A stretch of DNA of 62,992 bases, filler included, from Kipferlia bialata (taxonomy: Eukaryota): NCBI GenBank assembly GCA_003568945.1. It is 4 parts of 4 records of this genome, joined end to end, with 100 filler letters (N's around TTAATTAATTAA, not from the genome) between each part and the next. Parts side by side here need not be neighbours in the genome. Positions count along the whole stretch, not along the records: positions 58,335 to 62,992 come from BDIP01000491.1; 3 more parts are not named here. One strand, 5' to 3'. The position numbers and the translations under genes were made by a program. Numbering within the stretch: position 1 is the first letter of the stretch; each line of letters begins with the position of its first letter. This document shows, piece after piece, positions 61,008 through 62,992 of the stretch. The notes under the pieces were generated by a model. The model was not told where the DNA came from and did not search any database. It was given only the letters and a program-made list of their open reading frames with translations.

Positions 61008-62935
61008 TGGGGTATACAAACCTGCTCTTGATGCTGCCTCTGTGCCTCCCTCTCTCTCAAACACAAGAAAAATAAGGGTCTAGAGAGAGAGAGAGTGATA
61101 TATATATATATCTAACTAACCTGCTCTTGATGCTGCCTCTGTGTCTCTCTCTCTGACTCTCGTGCACGTGGTCACTACGGTGAGGATGGAGAGAAACAAT
61201 TAGGTCATAATAGTATATGTAAATATTATCATTTACTACGGTGAGGATGCAGAAATGGATAGGGTTCACTCATAAATACATACATAGATATACATAAATA
61301 TTAATACATACCGAGAGGTGTGCAGGGCATTGGACGAGGCATACTTGGTGGAGGCACCGTGCTTGGCAACACTTGGGGTGAGAACCACTTAAGGGTGTAG
61401 AATGAGAGAGAGAGAGAGAGAGAAGAGTATCGCTTACCTAACATGCTGCCCATGTCTACTACCCCCTCTGTCTATGCTGCCGACCCCACCCACATGACAT
61501 GTATATACATATATATATATATATATATATACATATTAATACTAAGTAGTACCTTACGTGCTGTCCATGCCTACTGCCCCCTCTGTCTATGCTGCCCACC
61601 CCACCCATCTGGCCCTGGCCATACAGACCCAGACCGGGGAGGGTGTACCTAGGGTAAGAGGGGATATATACTAATAAATGCACTAGGGAGGGGGGGGGGG
61701 GTTGATCCAGAATACATTAGAGAGAGACAGACTTAGACCGGGGGTGTACCTAGGGGTTAAAGGAGATACATATGTATTTGTATACAAAGAGGGGGGGGGG
61801 GAGAGAGAGAGAGAGAGAGAGAGAGACTATAAAAGAGAAACAATACTATACAATTCTCATACCTCTTAGGCTTGTCATCCCTGCCGTCCCTGCTTCTACT
61901 CTCTCTCTCCCTCTCCCTCTTGTGCTTCTCTCTCTCCCTGGGGGGTAAGAAGGCAATAACTATACATATACACATTCGCTCAATTACTGTCAATAATCAG
62001 TACTAGCATGCTATATTATAAACAGCTCTATCTATATGCGGTATTTATACACTATCATGTACCACACCCATACTGTCTCTGCCCATGCTGTTCTGGGGGG
62101 ATGCAATACAAATAGAAATATGTATATATATATATATATGTATATATGTATATATAATGACCATATATACACTATCATGCACCACACTCATACCTGTCTC
62201 TGCCCATGCTGTTCTGGGGGGATATCGAGTGGAGGCCGTGGCTGAGGTTAGTATATATATGTAACAGAACATAGAGTGTTATGTATATGAGAGAGGGATA
62301 TACATCATATAAGGTGATATGGATAGATACAATGCATATGAACGGTACGTACCCAGGTGGTGAGAGGTTGGGGTCAAGGGAGTCTCTTTCTCTCTCCCTC
62401 TCCCTCTCCATACGCTCCATACGCTCTCTGTCACGCTTGCTCTGGCGGCTGGCTCTCTCCACCCCTCTCTCCCTCTCCCTCTCCAGCTTGGCCTCTCTCT
62501 CTCTCTCCCTGTCCCGCTCCCTGGTCAGCTGTTGGGTGGCAGCCCTGGGATTAGACATACAAATAGATATACTGAGAGAGACACAGAGAGAGTGAGCTGC
62601 TGGGTGGCAGCCCTGGGGTAAGGTATATATATATATATATATATGTATAATTATATATATATAGAGAGAGAAAGAGAGAGCATGTCCCGCTCCCTGGTCA
62701 GCTGCTGCGTGGCAGCCCTGGGGTAAGATCATTAGATGAGAATCTACCAAATACAACAGTAAAATAATAGAGAGAGAGAGAGAGAGAGTATGTCCCGCTC
62801 CCTGGTCAGCTGCTGGGTGGCAGCCCTGGAGTAAGAGGTATAGAAATGTATATATATATAATTATATAGAGAGAGAGAAAGAGAGAGAGAGCATGTCCCT
62901 CTCCCTGGTCAGCTGCTGGGTGGCAGCCCTGGAGT

Positions 62936-62992
<57 letters not shown>
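59701..62992 (-). CDS. 3' part of an Arg/Glu/Ser/Gly-rich low-complexity protein with many short exons
   Basis: Exons AATQQLTRERDRE...DPNLSPPG, GLGLYGQGQMGG, repeated GSxR..ESQIKSR, PVPPIPFGA, ending YGIKFGLGLPRIKP* (TAG at 59703-59701). Confidence 0.6.
62510..62935 (-). repeat. Five tandem 3' splice-site + exon-start units
   Basis: The + strand unit ...CAGCTGCTGGGTGGCAGCCCTGG recurs near 62526, 62595, 62699, 62807 and 62910, separated by TA/GA microsatellite. Confidence 0.95.

Noticed and set aside
1..62992. tRNA, rRNA or snRNA genes; alternative genetic code
   Set aside because: No cloverleaf or rRNA-like segment was recognised by eye (a covariance-model scan would be needed to exclude them). 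Genes end in TAG, TAA and TGA, and conserved exons read without internal stops.

Overview
Eukaryotic genomic DNA from an intron-rich, probably flagellated protist. The GT-AG introns, the branch point abutting the 3' AG, and the (TA)n/(CT)n-loaded introns suggest a free-living metamonad such as Kipferlia (inference, not a database match). The window is NOT one locus. It is four contigs (1-19358, 19459-38798, 38899-58234, 58335-62992) joined by artificial 100-nt N/TTAATTAATTAA/N spacers. About 18 mostly multi-exon genes can be read by eye: a Rab5-family GTPase, DNase II, a PKD-like + DUF285/BspA-type repeat surface protein, an MFS transporter, a SPATA5L1/AFG2-like double-AAA protein, a YccF-domain protein, an RNF5/RMA-like RING ligase, an FG-GAP-like propeller, DRC5/TCTE1, an OFCC1-like protein, a Crinkler-like kinase-fold protein, eIF5 and several unknowns. 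There is also a LINE relic. The most striking signal, seen in all four contigs, is that microsatellite-rich introns carry 1-4 partial copies ('echoes') of the adjacent exon ends together with their splice sites. These copies differ from the complete exon almost only at synonymous positions, although most cannot be spliced as stand-alone exons. Exon boundaries and family calls were made by eye and are approximate.
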